Assembly (NCBI GenBank): GCA_963751455.1
Contig: CAVVUN010000001.1
Span: 640,001 to 704,000, forward strand
Reading direction: 5' to 3'
DNA length: 64,000 bases
DNA from: Nitrospirota bacterium
GTDB taxonomy: Bacteria; Nitrospirota; UBA9217
Part shown: positions 20,427 through 30,700 of the stretch, piece by piece
Position numbering within the stretch: position 1 is the stretch's first letter
Layout: the number at the start of each line of letters is the position of its first letter
Notes under the pieces: model-generated
Database searches by the model: none
Told to the model about the DNA's origin: nothing
The model's input: only the letters and a program-made list of their open reading frames with translations
Translations under genes and position numbers: made by a program

Positions 20427-20957
20427 CTATGCAGCTTTCTTCTTTACGGCTTTCTCGCCTTCCGGAAGACTCGGCGTCTCGATCTCGATCTTTTTAGGCT
20501 TCACCTCTACCGCCGAAGGAACGGTGATCTCAAGCATGCCGTTGACGTATGTTGCCTTCATCTGATCGATCTTGGCGCCCGTCGGCAGCGTGAACCGCCG
20601 CTCGAACTTGCCATAGGAGAGTTCCCGGCTGATATAGTCCTCAGTCTTGGTTTCTTTATCCTGTTTCCTCTCCCCCTTGATGATGAGCTGACGCGAGTCT
20701 TCATCGAAGGAGACGTCGACGTCCTTGGGATCGATGCCGGGCAATTCGCATTTCATAATCAGGTTGTCGCCTTTAATGTACGTCTCGGCCAGCGGCGTCC
20801 GTGCTCCTGTGACTTCCGGGGCTGGTATATTTGCGCCAAGGAACTGGCTGAACATTCTCGCCATATCGCGCTGCATTTGCTGTAGCTCGCTCAACGGGTT
20901 TCCTCCTCTTAAAATATTGAAAGGATCAAAAAGGCTCAGGTTTGCCATGTTATTCAC
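20427..20957 (-). CDS. Hsp20/alpha-crystallin small heat-shock protein
   Basis: ELPGIDPKDV, IKGER, YGKFERRFTLP, ATYVNGMLEITVP. Start may be ATG 20948. Confidence 0.93.
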   Translation of the reverse strand: MNNMANLSLFDPFNILRGGNPLSELQQMQRDMARMFSQFLGANIPAPEVTGARTPLAETYIKGDNLIMKCELPGIDPKDVDVSFDEDSRQLIIKGERKQDKETKTEDYISRELSYGKFERRFTLPTGAKIDQMKATYVNGMLEITVPSAVEVKPKKIEIETPSLPEGEKAVKKKAA

Positions 20958-21167
20958 TCCTTTCGATCAGCTATCTGGATTGAAGCACCCCACCCGATGG
21001 AGCAAATAACTTTAACAATTATATTGTCCATCCATGAGAAACTACACCTTTCGCTGAACAATCTCATTCTTGTATTCTAATTCAACTTTATCGCCCTCTT
21101 CCGGGAATGGTCAAGCGGTCTTTAGTATCCGGCTGCGACTATATTTTCGGGCGTGCGGGGAACCTCA

Positions 21168-21290
21168 TCAGCTGTATATTCCCTGGATATCCGCCCTTCG
21201 CAGCCTGAGAGCATTTCCTATAACGGACACCGAACTAAAGCTCATTGCGGCAGCGGCGAAGACAGGGCTCAGCAAGATGCCCAGAAACGG
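21168..21290 (-). pseudogene. C-terminal remnant of a P1B (CopA-type) heavy-metal ATPase
   Basis: Not in the ORF track. The minus strand reads [40 protein letters not shown], the MxxSS last-TM signature; nothing homologous lies upstream. Confidence 0.8.
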
Positions 21291-21498
21291 AACTCAGGGG
21301 TTACTTTATTAAAGCATAATATCCCTACAGAAGCTGTCAACCTGCTCTACACCTAAGGTTTTCTGCTTCTTGAAAAATAAGACAATGTGTTTCGAATCTA
21401 TGTGAGAATTCCAGGAATTAGTTACGATTTTCATACTTTGTTTCAAAACTCTTTTCTTCATTCCTTGACTGCTTTTGCTCTTATGGTAGGTTTTACCT

Positions 21499-21882
21499 AT
21501 GAAGATAATCAGCACTGTATTTTTTTTCTTTTTGGTTTTATCTTCGTCCGTTCTGGCCGACGACAGACATACATGGACAACCGGCGATTCGCTTCTGCAG
21601 TCGGCCCTGATCGGCCTGATAGTCGTCGACTGGCACCAAACCAGGGAGTTTACAAGTAAGCGGCAAAAATATCCGACCAAATATGAAAGCAATCCGCTGC
21701 TGAAGGCGCATCCCTCCGCTCGCGAAGTTAACAGTGTAATAGTCGGGTGCATACTAGTGCATACCGGCATAGCATACCTGCTGCCGAAACCCTACCGGAC
21801 AATATGGCAGAGTTTATGGCTCGGCGTCGAAGTGGACGCGGTCTATGCCAATTACAGGGCCGGAATCACTTTCAGCTTTTAA
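21499..21882 (+). CDS. Small exported/membrane hypothetical protein, paralog 1
   Basis: Signal peptide (..SSVLA-DD); W...D..LQ, DWHQTREF, YESNPLL..HPS, LPKPYRTIWQS; C-terminal Phe. Confidence 0.75.
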   Translation: MKIISTVFFFFLVLSSSVLADDRHTWTTGDSLLQSALIGLIVVDWHQTREFTSKRQKYPTKYESNPLLKAHPSAREVNSVIVGCILVHTGIAYLLPKPYRTIWQSLWLGVEVDAVYANYRAGITFSF

Positions 21883-21912
21883 CAGTGCGACTTCAACGAG
21901 GGGACCGGAAAC

Positions 21913-22312
21913 AATGAACATCAAGCAGCGAGCTGCCAGCGTCCCGTTATTGTTACTTTGTTTATTGCTTGCTGCGCCGGTCTCTGCCGCTGATAACCAT
22001 GCGTGGTCGGCATCCGACACTGCGCTGCAAGCTACATTCATTCTGCTCACGGCCATGGAATGGCGGCAAACAAGGGAATTTACAAATCATCGAAGCAGAT
22101 ATTCCGAAACGTACACCGTCAGCCCGTTCTTAAGCGAGCATCCCACAGCCCACGATGCTAACAGGCTGGCTGCGGCTTCAATAATTGTTCATACAGGCCT
22201 GGCCTACGCGCTTCCCAGGCCGTACCGTACGATCTGGCAAAGCTTCTGGATCGGCGTCCAGGGAGGCTCGGTTCTTTCAAATTACGTGGCCTGCATCAGT
22301 GTCAGATTTTAA
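21913..22312 (+). CDS. Small exported/membrane hypothetical protein, paralog 2
   Basis: Signal peptide (..PVSA-AD); EWRQTREF and LPRPYRTIWQS are shared with paralog 1. Start at ATG 21913. Confidence 0.75.
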
Positions 22313-22354
22313 ATCACTCAATTTATTGTTCAGATAGATGCGAAATCTCTCGAA

Positions 22355-22468
22355 CGTCATTGCGAGAAGCGCTTTTTACGATGTGGCATTCTCGAAGTTT
22401 TGATTGAACCCGGGTTCGAGAGTTATCGAGATCGACCAGTCCAGCTCGCTTCGCTGCGCGCAATGACG
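22355..22468. repeat. CGTC-type REP-like element
   Basis: Inverted ends cgtcattgcg ... cgcaatgacg. Confidence 0.6.
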
Positions 22469-22553
22469 GCGAGGGGCCTGATCGCAAGAAAGGATTTTTT
22501 CAACGTTGACAATGAATATTAAATGCATACAATGAGAGTATTTCGTTCCTGAT

Positions 22554-23963
22554 ATGCGGAGGCACTTGATGAATAATAACCTCACTGAAGCCCTTGATCA
22601 TTTCGCGCAACACCAGACCAGGCATTTAGACGACCTCAAGGAACTGGTCCGAATCCCGAGCATCAGTTTCCCAGGCTTTGATCCGGAGGCGGTCAGGAGG
22701 AGCGCGGAAGCCGTACAAAGGCTTCTCTCCCGAAGCGGCCTGAAAGATGTCCGCCTCCTGGAAACAGGAGCCGGCCACCCCTCCGTATTCGGAGAATGGA
22801 CGGACGCTCCCGGTAAACCCACGATCCTTCTGTATGCTCATCATGATGTCCAGCCTGCCGGCAGAGAATCGGTCTGGACAACGCCTCCTTTTGAACCAGT
22901 CGAACGAAACGGGAGACTTTTTGCGCGGGGCGTATCGGACGACAAGGCAGGAGCTGTCATGCATGCTGCCGCAGTAGAATCGTATCTTGCATCAGGGAAA
23001 CGGCTGCCGATAAATGTAAAAGTGCTGATCGAAGGCGAGGAAGAAGTGGGATCCACGAACCTCAATAAACTGCTGGATACGAATCATGAGCTTTTCTCAG
23101 CGGACCTCGTCCTGATTGCTGATAGTGAAAACTTCGACAGCGGTGTTCCGTCGCTCACCGCCTCTCTTCGCGGCATTGTAACCGTGAATCTGGAAGTACG
23201 CTCTCTGTCGTCCAGCGTCCATTCCGGCACATGGGGCGGCCCGTTGCCCGATCCTGTGATCGCCCTTTCTAAAATCCTAGCGACCCTTCTTGATGACGAG
23301 GGCCGGCCTGCCATTCCTGGTCTATTAACTAAGGTCAGGAAATTGTCCCCCGCTGAAAAGGCGGAGCTTGAAGCATTGCCCTTTAATGAGCAGCTTTACA
23401 GGAATCAATCCACGCTTCTGGATGGTGTTACTATTACAGGAGGTGAAAGCGGGGTCTATGAAAAGATGTGGTATGAGCCGTCGATCGCGGTCAACGTTAT
23501 CGAGGCAAGCAGCAGAAAGCAGGCTTCGAACATCATCAATGATTCGGCATATGCCCGTATAGGCATCAGGATCGTTCCCGATATGGACCCTTTTGAAACG
23601 CTGGAACTCCTGAAGAAGCATCTGATAAAGAATGCTCCCTGGGGCGTACACGTAAACATAGAGCCTGAAACACCGTCACGCTGGTGGCGTACCGATACGA
23701 AGGGCCCCGTGTTCGAAGCAGCGAGAGCAGCACTCGAGAAAGGCTACGGCACGAAACCGGCCGTTGTCGGCGCAGGCGGGTCGATACCGTTTGTCCAGAC
23801 CATCACGGATGCGCTCGGCGGCGCCCCTGCCCTGCTCTTCGGCGTGGGAGACCGGTATTCAGCTGCTCATTCCGAGAATGAAAGCCTTTTGCTTTCCGAC
23901 TGGGAAAAGGCCTGTAGGAGCCTTATCTACTTGCTTGCAAAACTCGCAGATCTGAAGATTTGA
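22554..23963 (+). CDS. M20/M25/M40 metallo-dipeptidase
   Basis: YAHHDVQP, RGVSDDK, EGEEE, HSG, AHSENE. Start may be ATG 22569. Confidence 0.93.
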   Translation: MRRHLMNNNLTEALDHFAQHQTRHLDDLKELVRIPSISFPGFDPEAVRRSAEAVQRLLSRSGLKDVRLLETGAGHPSVFGEWTDAPGKPTILLYAHHDVQPAGRESVWTTPPFEPVERNGRLFARGVSDDKAGAVMHAAAVESYLASGKRLPINVKVLIEGEEEVGSTNLNKLLDTNHELFSADLVLIADSENFDSGVPSLTASLRGIVTVNLEVRSLSSSVHSGTWGGPLPDPVIALSKILATLLDDEGRPAIPGLLTKVRKLSPAEKAELEALPFNEQLYRNQSTLLDGVTITGGESGVYEKMWYEPSIAVNVIEASSRKQASNIINDSAYARIGIRIVPDMDPFETLELLKKHLIKNAPWGVHVNIEPETPSRWWRTDTKGPVFEAARAALEKGYGTKPAVVGAGGSIPFVQTITDALGGAPALLFGVGDRYSAAHSENESLLLSDWEKACRSLIYLLAKLADLKI

Positions 23964-23997
23964 TTGTCTAGACATATAAAAGATGCAAACAAAAAAC

Positions 23998-24032
23998 TAG
24001 GGAGGCTTCAGAATAATTCTAAAGCCTCCCTA
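23998..24032. terminator. Hairpin terminator between convergent genes
   Basis: tagggaggctt...aagcctcccta stem preceded by an A-run, which is the U-tract on the minus strand. Confidence 0.75.
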
Positions 24033-24045
24033 TCAACGTACATTG

Positions 24046-27000
24046 CTACCTCAACCTGATTCCGGTATTCCCGCCTGACACCTTCACCCCATACTTCAAA
24101 CTATCAGGATACGCAATCAGGTTTCTTATTTCCGTCCCATCAGCCTTGAATATCTTCACTGTCGGATCGTTCTGCGGACAGGGTCCCGCGCCGGCAATGA
24201 CTTCATCCACTCCATCGCCGTCAAGATCAGCGCTCGATACGTTCACGCCATACTTCAAGCTCGATTCATACGCTGCAAATTCCCGGACCAGGGTCCCATC
24301 GGCTTTATATATCCTGATCGCTGATGAATTCTTTGGGTCAGATCCGGCGCCGGCGATAATCTCTGATTTCCCGTCTCCATCCATGTCTCCAGACGTAATA
24401 TTTACTCCATAAGTTCCTTCAAATGCGGTGAAGGTGGTTAGCGGAGTAAGGTCGCTAGACTCATATTTCCATATAGTAACGGATGCGTCGTTATTCGGTC
24501 CGGGTCCGGGCGCTGTAATGATCTCAGGTATGTTGTCTCCATCGATGTCTCCGGCTGTTATATTCAGCCCGTAAGAACTCTGGCTATTCACAGTGTGGGC
24601 TATTATCTGAGTGAATCCGGCGCTCGTATATTTAAGCACTTTCAGGATGCCAGGATTCTTCGGGTCAGGGCCGGCGCCCACGATCAATTCATCGACCCAG
24701 TCCCCGTCCAGATCGCCGGACGCAAGCGTCAACCCGTATTTCGTGTCAAACGCCGCGTATTCAGCAAGGAGCGAACCGTCTCTCTTGAAAGCCCTGAACG
24801 TCGCGCCGTTCTTCGGGTCCGGTCCCTGTGCGACGATTATTTCGTCATAACCGTCGCCGTCGATATCAGCCGAAATTGCATTTGCGCCGTACTTCGTATC
24901 GAACGCCTTGAATTCCTTAATAAGCTCCGCGTTGCCGTCATAGAGCCGTACCAGCGCCTCATTCTGCGGACCCGGCCCGGCTGAAGCGATAATGCCAGGA
25001 GCGATATCCGGGTTCTGCTGGATAACCAGATTCAGGTTCAAGTCATGGCGGACTAGTCCATCGTCTCCAGTCACCGTGAGGGCATACGTGCCCGGCTTAA
25101 CGTATTTCGATGTCAAAACAGTCAAAGCAGCCTGTCCAGGGACTGAGGTTTGAGCACTATCCAGGGACGCTCTTACACCATACGGCAATCCTGTAACTGT
25201 CAAACCCACAACGCCTTCGTAACCATTGAGCGCCGAAATGCTTATCGGCAGAGCCGAGGATTCGAGTTGCTTTATTGTCCGGCTCAACTCCGCTGCTTCC
25301 ATTCCGAAACCGGACACATCGAGGGTAAGCGGTACTGTATGCGTCACGATTTCGCCCTCATCCGTCCCCTGCGCAGTCAGGTACAAGGTATGCGTTCCTG
25401 TAACCGTCTTGTCCGTTGCAATCACTAAAGTCTCTGACTGGCCGGGTAGCATTAATCTATCCGGGTTGAACGTTACAGTCGCGCCGGCCGGTAAACCATC
25501 AATGTTCATCGACGTTTCATTGTTCCATCCATTCAAAGGTGTCAAAGTTGCGATGAATGAGGCTGTTTCCCCCTGTTTAATCCTTGCACTGGTTTCGTCG
25601 AGGATAATGGTAAAATCTGGCGCTTTGTTAAGAGCTATGAGCTTCGTGCTCGAAATTGAACTTTCGATCATGGTATCGGCTATAGTGTATGCGCCGTCCA
25701 CTGCCAGCCCTGCTGTGTTCCACACTTGTGAGAAGGTGGTCCTCATTGATGGCGGCAGCGCGCCTAGATTCGTAATGTTCGTATATGCCGCATTGCCTGA
25801 GGAGTCCTTAGCAGTCGTCATTATGGCAGCTCCATTATAGGTGGTTGATGCCGTCAGGTTCATGATGGTGGAGGTGATGTATACCTTCTGCCTGATCTTA
25901 TAGGTATCTTTGTCTGTTTCGGTAAGAATCGCAAGCTCAGGTATTTTAACAGCCATGCTTCCGCTGTTATTATTTTCATTGAACTCTGTAACTGTATTCC
26001 CTTCATTTACTTTTACCGTGATCGAATGATCTCCAGCCTTGCCGAGGATATTCCAAGAAACCGCAACAGTTTCATATTCTCCCAAATTCAGCGCTCTAAC
26101 CGATTTAGTGTCAATCAGAGTTTCACCATCATGGAAAGCTACGATCGCATCACCGGAGGCAGTCCTGCCCTGATTCATGATAGTTGCTGTAATTTGGATG
26201 GTGCTATCCGGTTTGATATCAGTCACCCCTACGCTGGTAATTTTCAAATCCGGCAAATCGCTTCCGTAAATAAAACTTGTCTCTTTTGTGCTGGTGAGAC
26301 CGTCAGCGGTCAAAACCGCTTTAAGAATATGAGAACCGGGTGATACGTCTGACAAATCATAGCTCACAGTTGCGAAACCATCGAGCGGGGCCGTTTCTGT
26401 GCGAACTAAAGCGCCGTCTACCAGCAGTTCGAGTGCAGCGTCAGCGGTACCGAACATATTCGCCTTTACGACAACCGGCTCCGATGTGAGGTTGTAAACC
26501 GTCTTATCTGTGCCAATCCCCAGAAGCACCGCGTCACCTACATCGAACGCCTCTGACCCGGATGACAGAAGCAGATCACCCGAATAGAGACCGTACACCA
26601 GGCGATGGATTCCGCTTAATGCAGTTCGGAGTTGTGAGTTCACAGTTGTGAGTAAGGGTTCAGACGGAGAAAGTATAATCGCGCTCTCCCCTGCAGGTGT
26701 ATACTTTTCCATTGGATCTACAACCCAGCTCTTAAGGATCACCGGAAGATCGATATTGCTCGTTAGAGTAAGGTTAGCGGTGATGGCGTCTGTTTTTGTG
26801 TATTTGCCCTTATCCAGTTTTGCTTCAATTATCTTGACTTGAATGCCGCTTACGTCAATAGGATGTGAAACAGTAATGGATTCAGAGTTTTGAGTTTTAA
26901 GTTGAACGTTTATGTTATACGTTCCAGCCGTCATTGTTGACGGAAGAGGAATGTGCTTCGATGCCGATCCGGTAAACCCAACAGTCTCAGAATATCCGCC

Positions 27001-27717
27001 AGGTCCTGTTAAAATCATCTGCCCGCTCACACCCATCCGCACGCTGCTTACTGTGACGTTTACTGTATCGCCGGGATTATACACCTGTTTGTCCGCAGTG
27101 ATCGTCAGTACATCTCCGGCTTTATAGAGATAGATGGAATTCAAATGTATTGACCGGCCTCCAGCGTGATAGACGCCGTAGAAAAGCTTCTCTCCGGTGA
27201 TCTGATCGAGTGGAATGTCAAACGTGAGCGACTGATTGCCGTTTAAGGTCAAGGATTTTTGTTCTTCATGACCTGAATAATTGACTCTTGCAAACAGATC
27301 GAAGCTGGTCAGCTGCTCTCCATTGTCCTCAATCCGGAGAGTTAATCTCGCCGTATCTCCGACTGAATAGATCTGCTTATCCAGCGAAGCGGTAACGGCG
27401 ATGTTGATTCCCTCGAGATGGTACTTCACTTGACCTTTTGCTACGCCTGCGTCCGCAGTGGAGAGAGCCGGGGTGAGGGTATACTGGGCAAAGTAATCAT
27501 TTTCCTCCAAGTCTTCGGGTAAGAGAATCCCGAACGTCACCGTCGTCTCTTCTCCGGGCTTAAGCCAAACCGGTTGAGTTGAGTCGATGAGGTCGTATGC
27601 ATTGAAAGTAAAATCGAAGCTCCCTTCCTGATTGCCGGTGTTCCTGACCCTGAAGTCAAACGTTCCTTCCTCTCCTGCCCTAAAGGTCTGATATGGCGGC
27701 AGCTGAGTAATCTTCAA
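24046..27717 (-). CDS. C-terminal third of giant secreted protein 1: Ig-like domains, CARDB and about 6 FG-GAP/VCBS-like repeats
   Basis: LPDLKI...NQG...EFNENNN (CARDB) and repeated GDxDGDxxxEIIxGxGPxPxN. No signal peptide or RBS; continues ORF 27680..35278 after a +1 indel (GCA ACA CTT GAA G versus GCA ACA CTG AAG). Confidence 0.85.
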   Translation of the reverse strand: MKITQLPPYQTFRAGEEGTFDFRVRNTGNQEGSFDFTFNAYDLIDSTQPVWLKPGEETTVTFGILLPEDLEENDYFAQYTLTPALSTADAGVAKGQVKYHLEGINIAVTASLDKQIYSVGDTARLTLRIEDNGEQLTSFDLFARVNYSGHEEQKSLTLNGNQSLTFDIPLDQITGEKLFYGVYHAGGRSIHLNSIYLYKAGDVLTITADKQVYNPGDTVNVTVSSVRMGVSGQMILTGPGGYSETVGFTGSASKHIPLPSTMTAGTYNINVQLKTQNSESITVSHPIDVSGIQVKIIEAKLDKGKYTKTDAITANLTLTSNIDLPVILKSWVVDPMEKYTPAGESAIILSPSEPLLTTVNSQLRTALSGIHRLVYGLYSGDLLLSSGSEAFDVGDAVLLGIGTDKTVYNLTSEPVVVKANMFGTADAALELLVDGALVRTETAPLDGFATVSYDLSDVSPGSHILKAVLTADGLTSTKETSFIYGSDLPDLKITSVGVTDIKPDSTIQITATIMNQGRTASGDAIVAFHDGETLIDTKSVRALNLGEYETVAVSWNILGKAGDHSITVKVNEGNTVTEFNENNNSGSMAVKIPELAILTETDKDTYKIRQKVYITSTIMNLTASTTYNGAAIMTTAKDSSGNAAYTNITNLGALPPSMRTTFSQVWNTAGLAVDGAYTIADTMIESSISSTKLIALNKAPDFTIILDETSARIKQGETASFIATLTPLNGWNNETSMNIDGLPAGATVTFNPDRLMLPGQSETLVIATDKTVTGTHTLYLTAQGTDEGEIVTHTVPLTLDVSGFGMEAAELSRTIKQLESSALPISISALNGYEGVVGLTVTGLPYGVRASLDSAQTSVPGQAALTVLTSKYVKPGTYALTVTGDDGLVRHDLNLNLVIQQNPDIAPGIIASAGPGPQNEALVRLYDGNAELIKEFKAFDTKYGANAISADIDGDGYDEIIVAQGPDPKNGATFRAFKRDGSLLAEYAAFDTKYGLTLASGDLDGDWVDELIVGAGPDPKNPGILKVLKYTSAGFTQIIAHTVNSQSSYGLNITAGDIDGDNIPEIITAPGPGPNNDASVTIWKYESSDLTPLTTFTAFEGTYGVNITSGDMDGDGKSEIIAGAGSDPKNSSAIRIYKADGTLVREFAAYESSLKYGVNVSSADLDGDGVDEVIAGAGPCPQNDPTVKIFKADGTEIRNLIAYPDSLKYGVKVSGGNTGIRLR

Positions 27718-30700
27718 GTGTTGCGCCTTGAATTACAAGCGATGAGTTTCGTGCCGTTAACTGGGTGCCGCTTTTGTTCAGGAGTGACATCTTTACCGTA
27801 AACGCACCCGGCATCATGGCTGCTGGATTAACGTTAAAAGACATAGTTAGTGAGGTGCCCGTTGTGAGTTGACTTATAGTTTGTTCAGCATTCCAAACAA
27901 CATCGCCATTCTCATTTGTAATTTCGCATCTAGCGTTTCCTTCGATCGTGTTGTATCCGTTGTTCAAAAAATTGACGGAGACAGGGATCAACTCACCATT
28001 CTGCGACCCGACAGTTAATGCCATGTCAACCACATTCTCTTTGCGGACAGAGAAATTGACATTCGTTGTCGCTGTTGGAGATGAGCTTAGAGCCATGAGT
28101 TGATAATCGCCTTCGGTAAGATCGTAATACAGCATGTCGGAAATACTCGCGCCTAGCTGTAAATAGTAAGATTTTGAAGTTACATTCGGCATATCTCCAT
28201 TTTTACGTAATTCGTAGCTGACGTCGAGCGACGCATCCAACTGTCCTGTATTTACAATCGTTACAGGGACGATGATCTTGCCTTCAGGATATACTGTTTG
28301 AGAACTGACGGTCATCATCGAAGCAAGACCGTAGGCAACGGTCTTCGTCACTGTCTGGTTTAAATCGCCGCTGAAAGTAAACGTGTATTCTGTATTACTT
28401 GCTATCTGCTGCGAATATTGCAATTGCTTCGTTTCACCGGGCTGCAGCCGAATCTGCTGCACGTCTTCAAATCCAGCACTTTGAACGCCACATCCTACAG
28501 ATGCCGCGATCTTTCCCTCGTTCTGGAGTTCAACGTTTATGTCAAACGGCTCGTTTCCCGTCACTTCAGGCATTGAAATGGCTGTTGAAATGTTGGGGCT
28601 AGCCACTTCAAACTGGTCAGCAATCTCCACAAGAGTGGAATTATTTTGCGTCACCCTGCCGGTCAGAACGACCGTTCCATCCGTCACTGCTATTGTTGTT
28701 GCGGAGAATGGATAATTTCCTCCTGCTGCAACGCTGAACGTTTCGGCGTAGATCGTTTCTGTGGTTCCATCTGGCCTCTGTTGGCCAAGCTCTGTCGTCT
28801 GATTCACCGCGTCGACACTCGCCAAATTCCGCACTTCTCCGGTTATGGTCACCGCCTCACCCGGTCTATAAACTTTTTTATCCGTAGCGACCGACAGGAT
28901 CGTATTTCCGGAGACAATGTAAAATGGATATTCCACATTGGCTAAGGTCTGACCAAGGCTGTTTTTGAGTTCCGCTTGGAGGTAAAGCTTTCCTGTAGTA
29001 TTCACGGCCCCGATATCCGTTAAATAGTCCTGCGTCATATCGCCTTCTTGATTGATCGGTAAGCTTGCTGCAAAGAGCGTTTCAATTCCTCCTGGTTGTG
29101 AAAGAGCCATATTCTGGACACGATTGTTCCCGTTATCCACAGCGTAAATTGAACCATCGGATCCGGCAGCCAGACCTCCTGGATAAACAAATTGTCCATT
29201 GTCACTGCCGTATTCGCCCCATTTGGCTAAAAAAGTGCCATTACTGTCAAATTTCTGGATTCGATAGTTTCCAGTGTCTCCAACATAAACCGAGCCATCG
29301 GAATCTATGGCGACCCCTTCCGGCCAGGAAAATTGACCATCACAAGGCTGGTCGGCCACTCCATCACCATCAGAATCAGTACTGCAATAATTACCCAATT
29401 TGCTGATGAAGTTGCCGTCGCTGTCAAATTTCTGAATACGGTTATTTCCATCCGATACATAGATGTAACCTTCAGGACTGATCGCTAAACCCGAAGGATA
29501 ATAAAAATTGCCATCACATTCCTTGTCGGGTATGCCATCCCAATTCGAGTCGGCAATACAACGGGTTCCCCATTTTGATATAAAATTTCCATTCCCATCA
29601 AATTTCTGAATTTGGTGATTAATGTAATCAGCAACATATAAAAACCCTCTCTGATCTGCTCCTATGCCGTATGGGCCAAGGAACCCCCCCTTGCATTCCC
29701 TGTCAGGTATGCCGTCCCAATTCGTGTCCACAATACAACGGGTCCCCCATTTTGATATAAAGTTTCCATTCGCATCTAATTTCTGGATAAGATTATTATC
29801 ATAATCGGTAACATACACGGACCCGTCTGTGCTTACAGCAATACCCATAGGCCATGAAAATTTTCCGTCACATTCTTTGTCAGAAATCCCATCCCAGTTA
29901 CTGTCTGTACGGCAATAATTACCCGTTTGACTTACAAAATTGCCGCTGGCATCATATTTCTGAATACGACTGTTATAACTGTCAGTCACGTAGAGGGAGC
30001 CATCTGGCGCTGCTGCTACCCCATATGGCGAATATAACAGACCTTCACATAGATGTTCAGGATTGCCGTCATAGTTGCTGTCCGTCTGGCAGTAGCTCTC
30101 CCATGTAGTAACTAAATTTCCATTATTGTCAAATTTAAGAATATTATCTATCCCCTCAACAGTAGCTTCAGCATATATTGATCCATCACGAGTAATAGCA
30201 ATGCCATAAGGCGAACCATCCAAATCCCACGAAGTGACATAGTTTCCATTTTCATCAAATTTCAGGATACGTTTAGCACCGTAATCAGTTGAATATACAG
30301 AACCGTCAGGACCTACACCAAGCCCAAATATCCAAGAGAGCCCTCCGTAAGCAGTGTTATCGTCTCCCCAACTCATTATAAAATTCCCACTGCTGTCAAA
30401 CTTCTGAATCCGATGATTACCTGCGTCCGCTACATACAAAGAACCATCAACTCCTACACATAAACCTTCAGGGGTCATAAACTGCCCATCAAGCCATCCC
30501 CAATCGCCGATTATCGCAATAAAATTCCCATTGCTGTCGAATTTTTGAACGCGATCATGGCCGGTATCCGACACATAAACAAAACCGTCAACGCTTACGG
30601 CTACACTCTTAGGAGTGTCGAATTGTCCGTTCAGCCATCCTGAAGTGCCCCAGGCAGCGATAAAATTTCCGAACGCGTCAAACTTCTGAATACGGTTGTT

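Noticed and set aside
21309-21770. Minus-strand 153-aa ORF
   Set aside because: Overlaps the better-supported plus-strand exported paralog and has no recognisable features.
27680-27730. Programmed ribosomal frameshift or phase-variable tract joining the two giant-1 ORFs
   Set aside because: No slippery heptamer or long homopolymer at the junction; a simple 1-nt indel explains it.
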